Position numbers and translations under genes: made by a program. The notes below the pieces were generated by a model, which saw only the letters and a program-made list of their open reading frames with translations, had not been told where the DNA came from and ran no database searches. A stretch of DNA of 64,000 nucleotides. Origin: Octopus vulgaris. Lineage: Eukaryota. The first letter of the stretch is position 1, and each line of letters begins with the position of its first letter. The DNA lies in assembly GCA_951406725.2 (NCBI GenBank), contig OX597823.1, positions 21,142,001-21,206,000 on the forward strand, given 5' to 3'. Of the stretch, positions 25,586-37,811 are shown piece after piece.

Positions 25586-26380
25586 CATCTGACAAGTGAT
25601 GCAGACTTTTTGGAGTTAACACCGAAGATATCACCCACATCATAAGCAGTTGTTCGAAAATTGTCAGCACTGTATTATCTACTGATGAGACAAGATGTTG
25701 TAGCTAGGACACTCTATAATGAAATCCGTCGGAAGGCTAATACCGAGGACAAAGAAATAAAATCCCACAATATGGTAGAAGCCATCGCCAGGAATACTGG
25801 TGGAATGCTCCAGTGAAAACCTCAATAAAATGAAAGCACAACAGACCTGATATAATGATTTGTTACAGAGAAGAGAAACTGTGTACAGTTGTGGAAATTA
25901 ACTGCCCAGCGGATGTTAACATAAAGCTGAAGATCAATGAAAAAGAGAATACCTAGTCTGAACTATCGAGAAATCTACAGTTATTCTATCCAGATTATAA
26001 GTTCAGGTTTATATCTGTAATTATTGGGGCACTGGGATATATAATACACTGCCTAAATTTCAATCTTGAGAAATTAGGCTTCTTAAAACCAGAAAAGAGA
26101 AAGCTTATTCGAAGACTATAGGTCCAATCTATCACTGGAACTATAAAATTCTGTAAAGCTTTCCACAAGCTTATCATTTAAATATATATGAGCATGTCTA
26201 CATATGCAACATACATAAAACATACGGATATGCACATATGCATACATACATACAAACATACAAACATACAAAAATACCCTGTTGTCGATGTTGAAATTCC
26301 AATGAAGGAGCCATGCATCTAGGTTAGAAACCGGTTCTTTCTCTATTGACAAGAAATCTTGAAATGAAATTAAGCAATGA
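25586..26380 (+). mobile_element. R4/Dong-type non-LTR retrotransposon 3' end (CCHC knuckle + restriction-like endonuclease + 3' UTR), flanked by (TACA)n
   Basis: CRLF...EDITHIISSC, (R)QDVVARTLY, NRPDIMI...VVEINCP...KINEKENT, IIGALG; stops and frameshifts. Confidence 0.88.
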
Positions 26381-26466
26381 CATACATACATACACGTATA
26401 CATACATACATACATACATACATACATACATACATACATACATACATACATACATACATACATACA

Positions 26467-29297
26467 TTATGTGGCTGCCCCCTCGTTATCGAGTATGGCC
26501 ATTGCACGAAGCTTAACTGTTACTGGTGCTGTGATCGAATGTGACTTTTTAGCCCAGCTAAAGATCTACAATGCTTTGTACAAAATTGGCAACTAAGACC
26601 TTTACCGATAATAGCCGGCTGTAGTTGTAACTAGGCTTCATGTACGTTTGCATGTCGTTTAAGTCCTGCCGAATTACACTCTCTTCCACATGCCCGACAG
26701 ATATGATTAGTATGGTGTGTTACACCACCACCAGTGCCCAGGTTGTCACTCATCTGTTTCGTTTTATGACTACGAAGATGACTCATGAGTCCAGCTTTAC
26801 TGAGGCAGGGTCTTGCACAGACATTTCATGTCAGAATCAAAGGAAGACCCTTCCCTTTTGGAAGTGTAACAGCGATGCCCTTCCTGACACCCCTCCTTAC
26901 TTTCTCCTGTTGCCCTTTCCCTTATACAGGACCATCATTACTGCATCTCTCCAGTCCTCACGTACAGATTCACTAGTCTATACCTTACCAAACAAAGAGT
27001 GAAGTTTTTGCAGAATTTTCTCACCACCATGCTGTAACAACTCCGCATGTATGCCATCCATACCCGGAGACTTCCCATTATTCAACCTTGAGACAGCCAT
27101 TGCAACTTCTTCCAACTTTGGTGGTTCTGCGAGTGCTGACCTCACAGGCAATCCAGGGATGAGATTGAGAACATCGTCACTAACTACAGACTGTTGATTC
27201 AAAAGTTCATCAAAGTGTTCTTGCCACCTTTGCAGAATTCCTTGTGAATCACTAAGAAGTTCTTTACCATCCCTGCTTCGAATTGGTGTCATCGGGGAAG
27301 ATGTCGGTCTATAAACTTCTCGCAAGAGACCATACAACAGCTTTGTGTTATTGGAATCTGATGCCGCCTGTATCTCTTCAGCCTTCTTACTCCACCACGT
27401 ATCCCTCATCTGAGAGAGCTTTTGCCTCACACGTGATTTTAGGTCCTTGAGTTCCCTATGCAACACTTCCCTTTCCTGTGACTTTGCTGACAAATAGCGT
27501 GACAAAGTACGTCTTTTATCAGCCAATAAACCATCTATATGTTCATCATTTTCTTTGAACCAATATTGATGCTTTCTTTGTATCAATACCAGAACTTTTT
27601 TGCCTATATCATAAACTGACTTTTTAAGGGTCGGCCAATCCTCCCCAATATCTGCAGCATTCATTTCCTCTCGTAAAGTTATCTTCACACTATTATACCT
27701 AAGACGATCAACATTCAGTCTTTTAGGCAGGGTCATCCCTGCAGCTCGGATTTTATGTTTTGTGACTAATTTCACTTTTGCACGTACTAGGTGGTCAGTC
27801 CAACACTCAGCTCCACGAAGAACACGAACTCACTGCACATCCTGTCTCTCACGCATCCTAACAAGGATGTAATCCAGAATATGCCATTGTTTAGATGCAG
27901 GGTACATCCATGTAGTCTTAAGCTTATTCTTTTGTTGAAACATGGTATTGGTAACACACAGACTCAGCTCCTCACACATCTGCAGCAAAAGCATGCCATT
28001 ACTATTACACTTCCCTACCCCATGCTTTCCAATTACAGTCCATGTGTTAAAATCCCTACCCACTCTAGCATTAAAGTCACCCAGTACAATGACTTTGTCT
28101 GCCCTAGGGATATTTCTTATAATGCCCTTCAAAGCATGGTAGAAAGAAAGTTTTTCGTCATCAGTATAGCACATAGTTGGAGCATACACACTCACCAAGG
28201 TCATATAATTTCCTTTAGCCAAGGGAATTCTCATGGACATAAGACGCTCGTTAATTCCGATTGGGAATTCTTCCAACTTGTCCACAAGAGTAGTCTTAAC
28301 AGCAAATGCCACTCCAGCTTCTCCTCTAAGATCTTCATCTCTCCCTTTCTAAAATAATGTATATTTTCCACAAGATTCTGTAAGATGACCATCTCCAGGT
28401 AATCTCGTCTCAGATAAAGCAACGATGTCAAGATCATAGCGTTGAAGCTCCTTCGCAACAAGCGCAGTCCTTCTTTCAGGACATTCAGAGGACTTGTGGT
28501 CAAGCAGTGTCCGTACATTCCAACAGCCAATATTCATTATTTTCTTTGGTTCTATCACAGTAGCATGATGACGGCCGGGTTCAGATTGTGATGCTCTGGA
28601 GCCTCTGCCGGGCCAGACTCTTTCAGCCGATGTGGTTCCAGATTCCTTACTGCCATTTATTTTTATACTGTTTTGGTACATCATTGCTTTTTGCTTTTTA
28701 AGGCTACAGTCAGCCATTCAGTTGAGACTCACAGCACTATCAACAGTCATGAATTAGTTAATCACTTTAATCAATCCAATGTAGTTATCGTGCAATACCT
28801 GTACAAAAAGATTTTTTTTTAAGTGAGGAAAGGCTGTGCACTGAGTCAATCCCACTCACTAAGCAGCAGCAGCCATAATCCGAAAAGAAGAACAAGTCAA
28901 CATCATCGGTAACCACTGAGCCGCAGGTTTTATGTCGGAGTTATCCCAGTTACCTGAGTTACCTTCTCCTAGAAGGATGCCCTAACAAAGGCTAGGAGTC
29001 CTTCACTCCCAATGGTTTAACCGCGCGATCGGGTATTCTGTCCGATTATTTCTATGTCCCCGCGCATGATACAGCCTTAAGCCTTAAGAAGAAAAAAAAA
29101 CACATTTATTGGATGGCCGTTGACTCACAAGAGTTCCTCCTCCCTTTGACGGGCTTTGTTTTTCATCCCGCAGGGAGTCCAATAAACACCCTCCTCACCA
29201 AAGCTTGGTGGGGTTGCCGGTTTAGTCGCCGACGACCCGACCATGCAACAGGTTGTTCTGGGTTACATGTTACCAGTAGCACTCGAAAGTGACCTGC
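26467..29297 (-). mobile_element. RTE-clade LINE, near full-length ends but RT core deleted
   Basis: APE motifs IGCWNVRTL, ALSETRL, VSVYAPT, LGDFNARVG, ILDYILV; pre-RT GKSPGMDGIHAELL, WRDAVMMVLYKGKG; then direct jump at about 26905 to three C2H2 fingers and stop at 26520-26522; tail merges into (ATGT)n. 5' boundary approximate. Confidence 0.92.
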
Positions 29298-30419
29298 CAT
29301 ACAAAAACATACAGTTATATGTACAATCAAAAGTTGTAAGGATACAATGGTTGGTGAAGAAGAAAGTATGATCTAAATTTGCTTTGTGTATATATTTGTG
29401 TGCAGTGCGTGCTGGTATATAAAACTGTGTGTATGGGTTTTCTAGAAAAAACTGTGTGTATGATTTTTCTAGAATTCGGGATGTACTTATAGATATCTTT
29501 ACGAAGTAGAATGTGTAGCAACCACATACATACATACATACATACATACATACATACATACATACATACATACATACATACATACATACATACATACATA
29601 CATACATACATACATACATAATGCTTACATACATGCATGCATGCCTACATACATACATGCATGTATAAGTATAGACGTACATACATGCATGCATAATGCA
29701 TACATACGTACGTACGTACAGGGAGGTAGTTCGCTTCAACTCAAAGCTTGGCCACTTCTTGTTTGATGTGTTTTTCTCTTGCATGACCACATAAATGGCG
29801 CTTGAGTGCCGAGCGCTGTTTGTAATATTTGCATTACAAATAGGGCAAATATATCTCACATGAAGCGACGCAGTTTTCTTTTTTGTGATTTATGGATATT
29901 TAAATGCTTCTGTAGACCAGAGCGAAGCTCACATGCCTTACTACAAGTGTGGAAAATTCCAACGTGTCTGCTAGAACGATCTTTATGTGGCTTCGGACAA
30001 CTGCAGGAAAATAATTTCTGAGATCTGAAATTAAGCCAATCTTAGAAAGACAAGTCTCACTACATGTTTAGCAACTGAAGGAAGACGCAAATTATTTTTT
30101 TCGCCAGCTATTTATTTTTCCCTTGTTTTCTTTTCATTTTTGCTTATGTTTGTTTTTTTTCCTTCGGAATTTATTACCTCAGACCAGATTTTTTTCAGCA
30201 TTTATTTCTGTCAAGAGCAATAGATTCAACATCGTTGTATGGTAAATTCAACTCCCCAAAGCTGGTGTTTAGCAAACCTTTTCGCCGTCACTTTTGGTTT
30301 GTACTATTTCCGCTTCCCAGCAGAGAACACACCTATTTAGAGATCCGTTCATCATTCATCCGTATCAAATGGCCAGGACATCTTAGATGACTGCAAATAT
30401 ACATATGTACAAACATATT

Positions 30420-30785
30420 ACACATAGCTGCCCAGCGAATGTTAACATAAAGCTGAAGATTAGTGAAAAAGAGAACACCTACGCTGAAATATTGTGGAAA
30501 TCTGCAGTTACTCTATCCAGATTACAAGTTCACGTTTATACTTGTAATTATTGTCGACCTGGGATAAGTAACAGACTGCCAATCTTGAGAAATAAGGCTT
30601 CTCAAAACCAGAAAGGAAAAAGCTAATTCGAAGGCTATAGATCCAATCCATCACTGGAACTGTAAAAGTCTGTAAAACTTACCAGAATTTTATCATTTAA
30701 ATATATATGAGCGTGTCTGGATATGCAACTATATGCATGAGAATGCATACATAAAGCAAAACATACAAATCTTCAGTTATGCATA
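30420..30785 (+). mobile_element. R4/Dong-type 3' fragment, copy 2, followed by (TACA)n
   Basis: SCPANVNIKLKISEKENTYAE...; nucleotide match to 25901-26260. Confidence 0.88.
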
Positions 30786-31339
30786 CGTACGTACATACAT
30801 ACATACATACATACATACATACATACATACAAACATACATACATACATACATACATGGTGACTTCTCCTTCTTCACAGAGGATTGCCGTCCTTCTGAGGT
30901 TCCTCGTTGTAAATGACATTTCTGAAATTTCTTCTAATACCGCGGAGATGCTTATTCAGTCTCTCTAGAGATCTGTATGTTTTGAATGTAATATCCACTG
31001 CAATGATCGGATGAACCTGTAAGATATGATTGTTATATTCTGTCATATGTCACTTCAGACTTACAGGCTCTTTCACATACTACACACTTTGAATCATCCG
31101 GTCGAGGAAGAATGCATACAGTCGATATGTCATAGGGCTTCAGGTGGTTGACACACCAAGCCTTAGGAAGGGGCACACGGCTACACTTTTCACTCCTCAA
31201 ACTAGTTGTGCTCTTACTAAGTTCTGATGACAGCTCCTCCGAAGACAGCGCTTTAGGCTTTCGTACCCAAGACGACCCTCTTCAAAATGCATGCATAAAT
31301 ACATAAATACTTATGATTGTTGAATGTAAAGGAGGTCTT

Positions 31340-32170
31340 AGTATTCTGAGACAAAAATGAGAATAATATCTGAAAAATGTAGAGTGAGCCAAAAGCAACT
31401 ATTCCCTACAATACATTTGTTGGTTTCAAAGGATATGGAGAGAGGTTCTATGGGGTCGGATGAAGAGGTATATCCTCCCAATGCAATTAATTGAAATACT
31501 GAAAAAAAACTATATATAAAAGTATCGTGCAGTTCTGAACAACATTGAAACATTGCTACAGTTTGGAATTGGGAAGTGGTGCTAGATAGCTGTACCCATT
31601 ATCACAAATATTTTAAAATATATTTCTATAAACAAAACTTGGCACATTCCAAAAAGAATTTTGACGGCAGGGTAGAATTTATCTGAAGAATGAACAGCAA
31701 TCAAATATTTATAGAAGTGGCTTACTTGTGAGCTGCGCTACTAAAAGTGAATTATCTCAAATCAGAAGAGAACTAGGCATCGCTTTATGTAAATACAGAA
31801 TGGAAATCAACGCAGAAAAATGAGATATCGTGATAACAGGAGAACAGCACGCGAAATAAACAAATAACTGTTTAGTAATAAAAATGCATTTTAAGTCAAT
31901 GACATTCAGCTGAAATCAGTGAACATATTCATTTACTTAAGCTCTAATCAACGAAAATATAATGTGTAGAACGAAGATAAGGACAGAGAATTGCAATAAC
32001 ACTTCCATATAGCAAAGAGGAAAGAGCAAAAAATTAAGGCTAATGCAATCAGTGATGATCTTACGATAACTTTATGACAGATGGATATTCTCAAAAAACA
32101 TTGAGAAGAAACTATCAGCATTGAAACTACAATGGTTACAGGAATGGTTGAAATTACATGGAAATACTAC
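31340..32170 (+). pseudogene. Very old LINE reverse transcriptase remnant
   Basis: Traces of F(V/I)D/GF, GV.QG..LSP.LF and GG..I motifs in order; heavily broken. Confidence 0.35.
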
Positions 32171-32200
32171 CGGACAACCAAATCAATCTTAGAATAACCA

Positions 32201-32246
<46 letters not shown>

Positions 32247-32269
32247 AACACACACTCACACGTTTGTGT

Positions 32270-32630
32270 AGCATGTGATCGTTGCAGTTACCATGAGAGA
32301 GAAACTTTGTCATGGCGATACTTGATAGGAGGCCTGAGCAAAGTTGCAGAAAGTGTATGGAGAGGAGTGTATGAACCGCACACAAGTTTACGAGTGGTTC
32401 AGACGCTTCTAAGATGGCCGGTAAAAACGTCGATACTGTCGAACGTTCTGGGAGACTTACAACCAGCAGAACTGATAAAAGCATCACGGAAGCGTGCAGG
32501 TGTGAGGGGAAATCTTCGAATCACCATCCGCGAGTTATCAGAGGATATGCAGGTTAGTTACGATGCAGTTCAGTCCATTATCACTGAAGATTTGGGTTTT
32601 AGATGCGTGTTTTCCAAGTTTCGTCAAGAC
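32270..32630 (+). mobile_element. Mariner transposase N-terminal fragment
   Basis: KLQKVYGEECMNRTQVYEWFRRF..GR...ERSGR, then RITIRELSEDMQVSYDAVQSIITEDLG. Confidence 0.85.
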
Positions 32631-33126
32631 TGGTTCACTGGTGTAGGAAGCAAGATGATAAAAGACAGAGCGACAGACAAAAATTGCCATTTGTGTATAA
32701 AAGATATGCGTGTGTATGTGTGCATGTATATACATATATATATATATATATACATGTTTGTAGGTATATATATATTTGTGTGTGTCATGGTCTGTATGTG
32801 CGAGTGCGTGTGTATGCATATCTATATATATGTAGGCCTAACATATCTACTCACAAATTTATTTTTATTTCTTGCAATATTTTTTTCTCATTATTTGCAG
32901 CCCTAACAAATGTCGTTAGATTTTTCATTTTCGTTGTTATTCATCGTAAATTTTTTCAAATTAAATATTCATTGTATTCGGCATTCAATACATCAGCCTT
33001 TAAATTATTAAAATTTATTACTTTTACATCGTTTTGATTATATTTATGCAAATCATTCATGACCAAACTCTATTTATAAGTATTGTACTGGAAAATTTCA
33101 GTAAATTAAGAATTCATTGTGTTCTG

Positions 33127-33200
<74 letters not shown>

Positions 33201-33684
33201 AAATAAATTATCCACACTTATACTATTAGCTCCTTAATTTTATGAAGTATACCTGCCCAGAATCCTAGGAAACACTGGGACGTCAACTTGAACTCAACAA
33301 TTTTCTCCACCACACGATCAACTCATGTTGCCAAATCTTGACTGCTGAACTGTATAAAGTGCACCATGGGTAAAGCATTAGTAGTCATACAGACGTATTT
33401 ATTGTGAAGTAAAAACTGGGAAAGTAAAATGCAATGAGTCATCTTTGGACAAATGTCTAAGCATTGACGAAACTAAAGGGAAGTGAAAATTTTCCAGCAC
33501 TGTTCTAAGTAGAAAATCATGAGGAGAACATATGATCTTGATTTTCTTCACTTCGGTAGTAACTGATATTTCGAAGAATGCTGAAACAATTTGTTTTTAA
33601 GTACTTCTTCGTTGCAGTCATTTTGAGAAGGGATTGCAACATGCATTATGTGAGTTTTACAGTGATATTAATAAAGCGTTACAG

Positions 33685-34305
33685 AAAATGCCTCTTCAGT
33701 TCCGAATTGGATCTGAATACATTGCACGCATTCTATGTGCAAAGAATAAGTACCAGGCTTACAAAGAATAAGTACTGGGGGCGATTTGCTCGACTAAAGG
33801 CGGTGCCCCAACATAGCCACAGTCAAATGACTGAAACAAGTAAAGGAGTAAAAGAGTATATCCTCACACTCTCATACCTAAGCTTCGGTCTTTATTACTT
33901 TACAGAATAGCTAGCGACATTTTCAATGTATCTGACAGTTTTGAATCGTAATTGTGCAGTACAATCGTATACAAGCTATAGCTGCAGTTACTTAGCCACA
34001 GGTCAGGCATAAACGCTAAGTGATGTTGGGGTGAGAAACGCAGGCATAACCAGGTTTTATCTATTTATTCATTTTGCTTTTTGTTTTCTCCACATACACA
34101 ATGAACCATGGCCAGGAAATGTCTCTTCAGCTCCGATTTGAACTGAAGGCGTTATGTCTGGATCTGAATATATTGCACGCATTGTATGTGCAAAGAATAA
34201 GTACTAAGCTTATAAAGAATAAGTCATGGGGTCGATTTGCTCGACTAAAAGGCGGGGCTCCAGCATGGCCACAGTCAAATGACTGAAACAAGTAAGAGAG
34301 CAAAA
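33685..34305 (+). repeat. Direct repeats (33685-33860 / 34116-34305, each ending in a SINE A 3' end) enclosing a paralog of 16546-17284
   Basis: CTCTTCAG.TCCGA.TTG...GGATCTGAATA.ATTGCACGCATT.TATGTGCAAAGAATAAGTAC occurs twice; 33744-34115 matches 16546-16710 joined to 17113-17284. Confidence 0.88.
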
Positions 34306-35045
34306 GAGATTTTTTGGGATTTTAAAAATAAAATGCATATTGGAATCTTATTTGATAATATAATTAAAGCTAAAGTGACCACTTCTTTTAGCAATAAGGT
34401 TTAAATTTTTGCTTTTAAAAAAATGCTGTGTGTGTGTGTGTTTGGGCATGTTATGTAAAATATAAGACAGAAGAACACATCGAAAAAATATTTACTAAGT
34501 AATATCTTTAAATGTGTTTGGGTAACAATTATATAATGATTGCGTGCCTAATGAAGTTGCTTGAAATCGGAGTATTAAAGGTATATTTGCGAAATCAACA
34601 TATAATTATTTAGAAATAGCTGCAGAACTTTAAACTTGTCAGTAAAAAAATTCATAACATATTTCAATTACTTTGTACATTTTAGCAATCATTTTTGAAC
34701 ATTATAGCCAACAAGTGTCAATCACACAGTTATTCATATAGCACAAATTTCTTTCAGAAATTATATCGAAAAGAACATGTGTGGTTATAATTCAATGGTT
34801 ATACGTCATTCAGTATAATTGGCACATTGTAATCATGTTTGTTTTGTTACGTTTTTGTCCCATTCCAGGCAAATTTCTTGCCTGTACCTCCAGAGTGGAA
34901 GCAATATTATCGATAATGGCCGAAATTGCACTTGACCCTCTGGCAGATAATTGGAGAGACGTTGGTGACCTTCTGTGTTTTCCGTTCGTCTGTGTTTTAG
35001 TATATGTTTATATGTCTATTTACTACAGGTTTTTTTTTAATTATT

Positions 35046-35195
35046 GGCTGTGTGGTAAGTAGCTTGATTAAGAACCACATGGTTCCGGGTTCAGTCCCAC
35101 TGCGTGGTACCTTGGGCAAGTGTCTTCCACTATAGCCTCGAGCCAACCAAAGTCTTGTGACTGGATTTGGAGACGGAAACTGAAAGAAGCGTGTC

Positions 35196-35253
<58 letters not shown>

Positions 35254-35484
35254 GGGGGGGGGTGTTTGTGTGTGTATATGTTTACGTGTCTGCTTTTCTC
35301 CCATCAACGTCGCTTGACAAACGATGCTGGGGTGTTTACGTCCCCATCACCTAGCGGTTCAGCAAGAAATAACGATAAAATAAGTACTAAGCTTACAATG
35401 AATAAGTCCTACGGTCCATTTGCTCGACTAAGAGCGGTACTCCAGCATGGCCACCACATTCAAATAACTGAAACATATAAAAGA
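35046..35484 (+). mobile_element. SINE family A
   Basis: Both halves with an internal (TA)/(TG) tract. Confidence 0.85.
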
Positions 35485-35760
35485 ATACATATATATATAT
35501 ATACACAGGTGTGTATATTTCGCGTTAGTTTTCTATTTATTTAATCATGGAAAAGTATATATATATATATATATATATACAGGTGTGCATATTTTGCGTT
35601 AGTTTTCTTTTTATTTAATCATGGAAAAGTATATATATATATATATGTGTGTGTGTGTATTTTTATACATACATGCATACATATATATATACATGTGTAT
35701 ACATATATCTATCTATATATATGCACACACATGCATATAAATACATATTACATACATACC

Positions 35761-35828
<68 letters not shown>

Positions 35829-36869
35829 TCTATATACATATATATTTAAAAATAGGATAAAATCTGTAAATTCTTATACAGATTTTATACAAATAAAGAA
35901 TTTATAAATTATAAAGAATTTATAATCAGCGTGAAAAGCCTCCTAAGGGAAAAATGCATAATTATTCCCTTTCAATATATTTATTTATATTAAGTGGGGT
36001 ACACTCTATTTATTACGGTCGTTTTGACTCTAAGAGTCACTCATAGTGAGATGCCCTACGGTGAAACGAGAGTCGCAAGCAAAGCAAACTCTATACAGAC
36101 ATCAATAAACAGCTGAACTTCTGAGATCGTCATGTCTTTTAACCACTCAAAGGTATATGGACCAAGGAGAATTAATAATTTATCTTCATCAACGGAATGC
36201 ATATATATCTCCTAGTCGTAATGCTGAGAAATTCTGTCCTTCTTTTGGTGTCCTGAAGAAATGTATACATATTTAAGACGTGTGCTGGTAGGCACACTGT
36301 CAGATTGTCATGATCATGATACTGCAATGCATTTAAAAGACAATATACATTTAAGTGATAGTTATACTTATGATCAAAACCGCAGATAATCAGCTGTACT
36401 AATGCATCTTATTAATTAGCACCGATCTTGCTCATTAATGAGCAATTTCAATTATAGATGTTTGTATGAATGTATACAGGCTTGCGTTTGTTGGGAGTGG
36501 GCATAATTGTATGAAGTTATCATATTCCCTCCTGTTCTCTTTAAACCTTTATAGAAATATCATTCGACATTACTTAAAAGATGTGTGTATATGACCAGTT
36601 ATAAAGCTTTTGATATAACGCTGTTATTTGCATATATGTGTGAGTGTGTAAGTGTATTGTGTATATTTATTGTTGTCAATAACGGAGAGGCTGAGAAAAT
36701 CAATGGCATTCATTGTTTCTATATATCAAAAGGGTGCCGTTTATGTGTATCAGGGTCTGGGCGTGTTTGTAATTATGTATTTGTAATGTATATGACTTTG
36801 CGTGTACATAAATAAAATGTATGCGTGTGTATATATCCATAGGCATATTTATAAAAGTGAATTCTGTTC

Positions 36870-36920
<51 letters not shown>

Positions 36921-36923
<3 letters not shown>

Positions 36924-37166
36924 TTTAAGCAGCAGAAAATTCAACAAAATCTGTTACTCTGAGTTTCTTGTTTCGTTTCTCCGTTATATGGAACCGATAT
37001 ATCAATTGATATATCCATTCTAGCAAACACTGTCTGATGAACGGCAACGAGAAATAGAGTAACAGATTTTGTTGAATTTTCTGCTGCTTAAAATAAAGCA
37101 TATTACTCTACCACTGGTATTTGAGTACTCTTTTTCCACCTTGTTTCACATTTATGTGTTTACTCC

Positions 37167-37168
<2 letters not shown>
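36921..37168 (+). mobile_element. Penelope-type fold-back element (perfect 40-bp arms 36921-36960 / 37056-37095) with damaged hammerhead 37030-37065
   Basis: CTGT-CTGATGA-...-GAAA-...GTA-ACAG; the inverted arm preserves GAAACTCAGAGTA. Flanked by (TA)n. Confidence 0.8.
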
Positions 37169-37260
<92 letters not shown>

Positions 37261-37315
37261 TATGTTTCGAAGGTTGCATATTCCTGACATAAGTTCCTTG
37301 TTTTTCCTGATGAGA

Positions 37316-37347
<32 letters not shown>

Positions 37348-37438
37348 TATATAGAAGGAGCTTCTACAGGACTAGAACTGTTTCATTCAAGAGAAATCTT
37401 ATTTACTGTGGTTAACCCCGAATCAACCCGGGACCTAC

Positions 37439-37469
<31 letters not shown>

Positions 37470-37479
37470 ACCGCGTGTG

Positions 37480-37671
37480 TACCGTTGGCGATTTTTTTTC
37501 CTCTGTCTTCCCTTCTCTGGATCTTTCCTTCTCCTATGTTTCCGACGAATAGCTCCGCTCGAAACGGTAAACCCTCCTTCTTTCCTTCTTTCCTGAGCGT
37601 CCAATAATACTATATTTGTTCTAGGTCCTCGCGTTGTTGTGTTTTTTTGTGCTTTCATGTTTGGATTAACT
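37480..37671 (+). mobile_element. Family X copy 2 (hammerhead motif mutated)
   Basis: Matches 1008-1199. Confidence 0.8.
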
Positions 37672-37723
37672 ATATATATATATATATATAAACAGGAAAA
37701 AAGCAACAAGAATGGATTAGTTG

Positions 37724-37811
37724 TTCAGTACAATTGTTTCATACGAAGAACAGATTTATTTAAAGCTGCAAATATTGCAGCAAATACAAGTGTCCCGTAT
37801 TAATCAGCCAA
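37724..37811 (-). ncRNA. Type I hammerhead with G8>U core mutation, GUA site
   Basis: TTGG-CTGATTA-ATACG...CGTAT-GAAA-C-AATT-GTA-CTGA; palindromic ACAATTGT. Confidence 0.7.

Noticed and set aside
26826-26828. TGA at the first Cys of an RTE zinc finger (selenocysteine?)
   Set aside because: The same ORF has TAG stops and frameshifts; simple decay is sufficient.
27791-28357. 188-aa plus-strand ORF
   Set aside because: Antisense shadow of the RTE endonuclease.
30857-31287. Unique segment next to a (TACA)n tract, possibly a LINE 5' end with an HDV-like ribozyme
   Set aside because: Could not build the nested double pseudoknot or link it to a family by eye.
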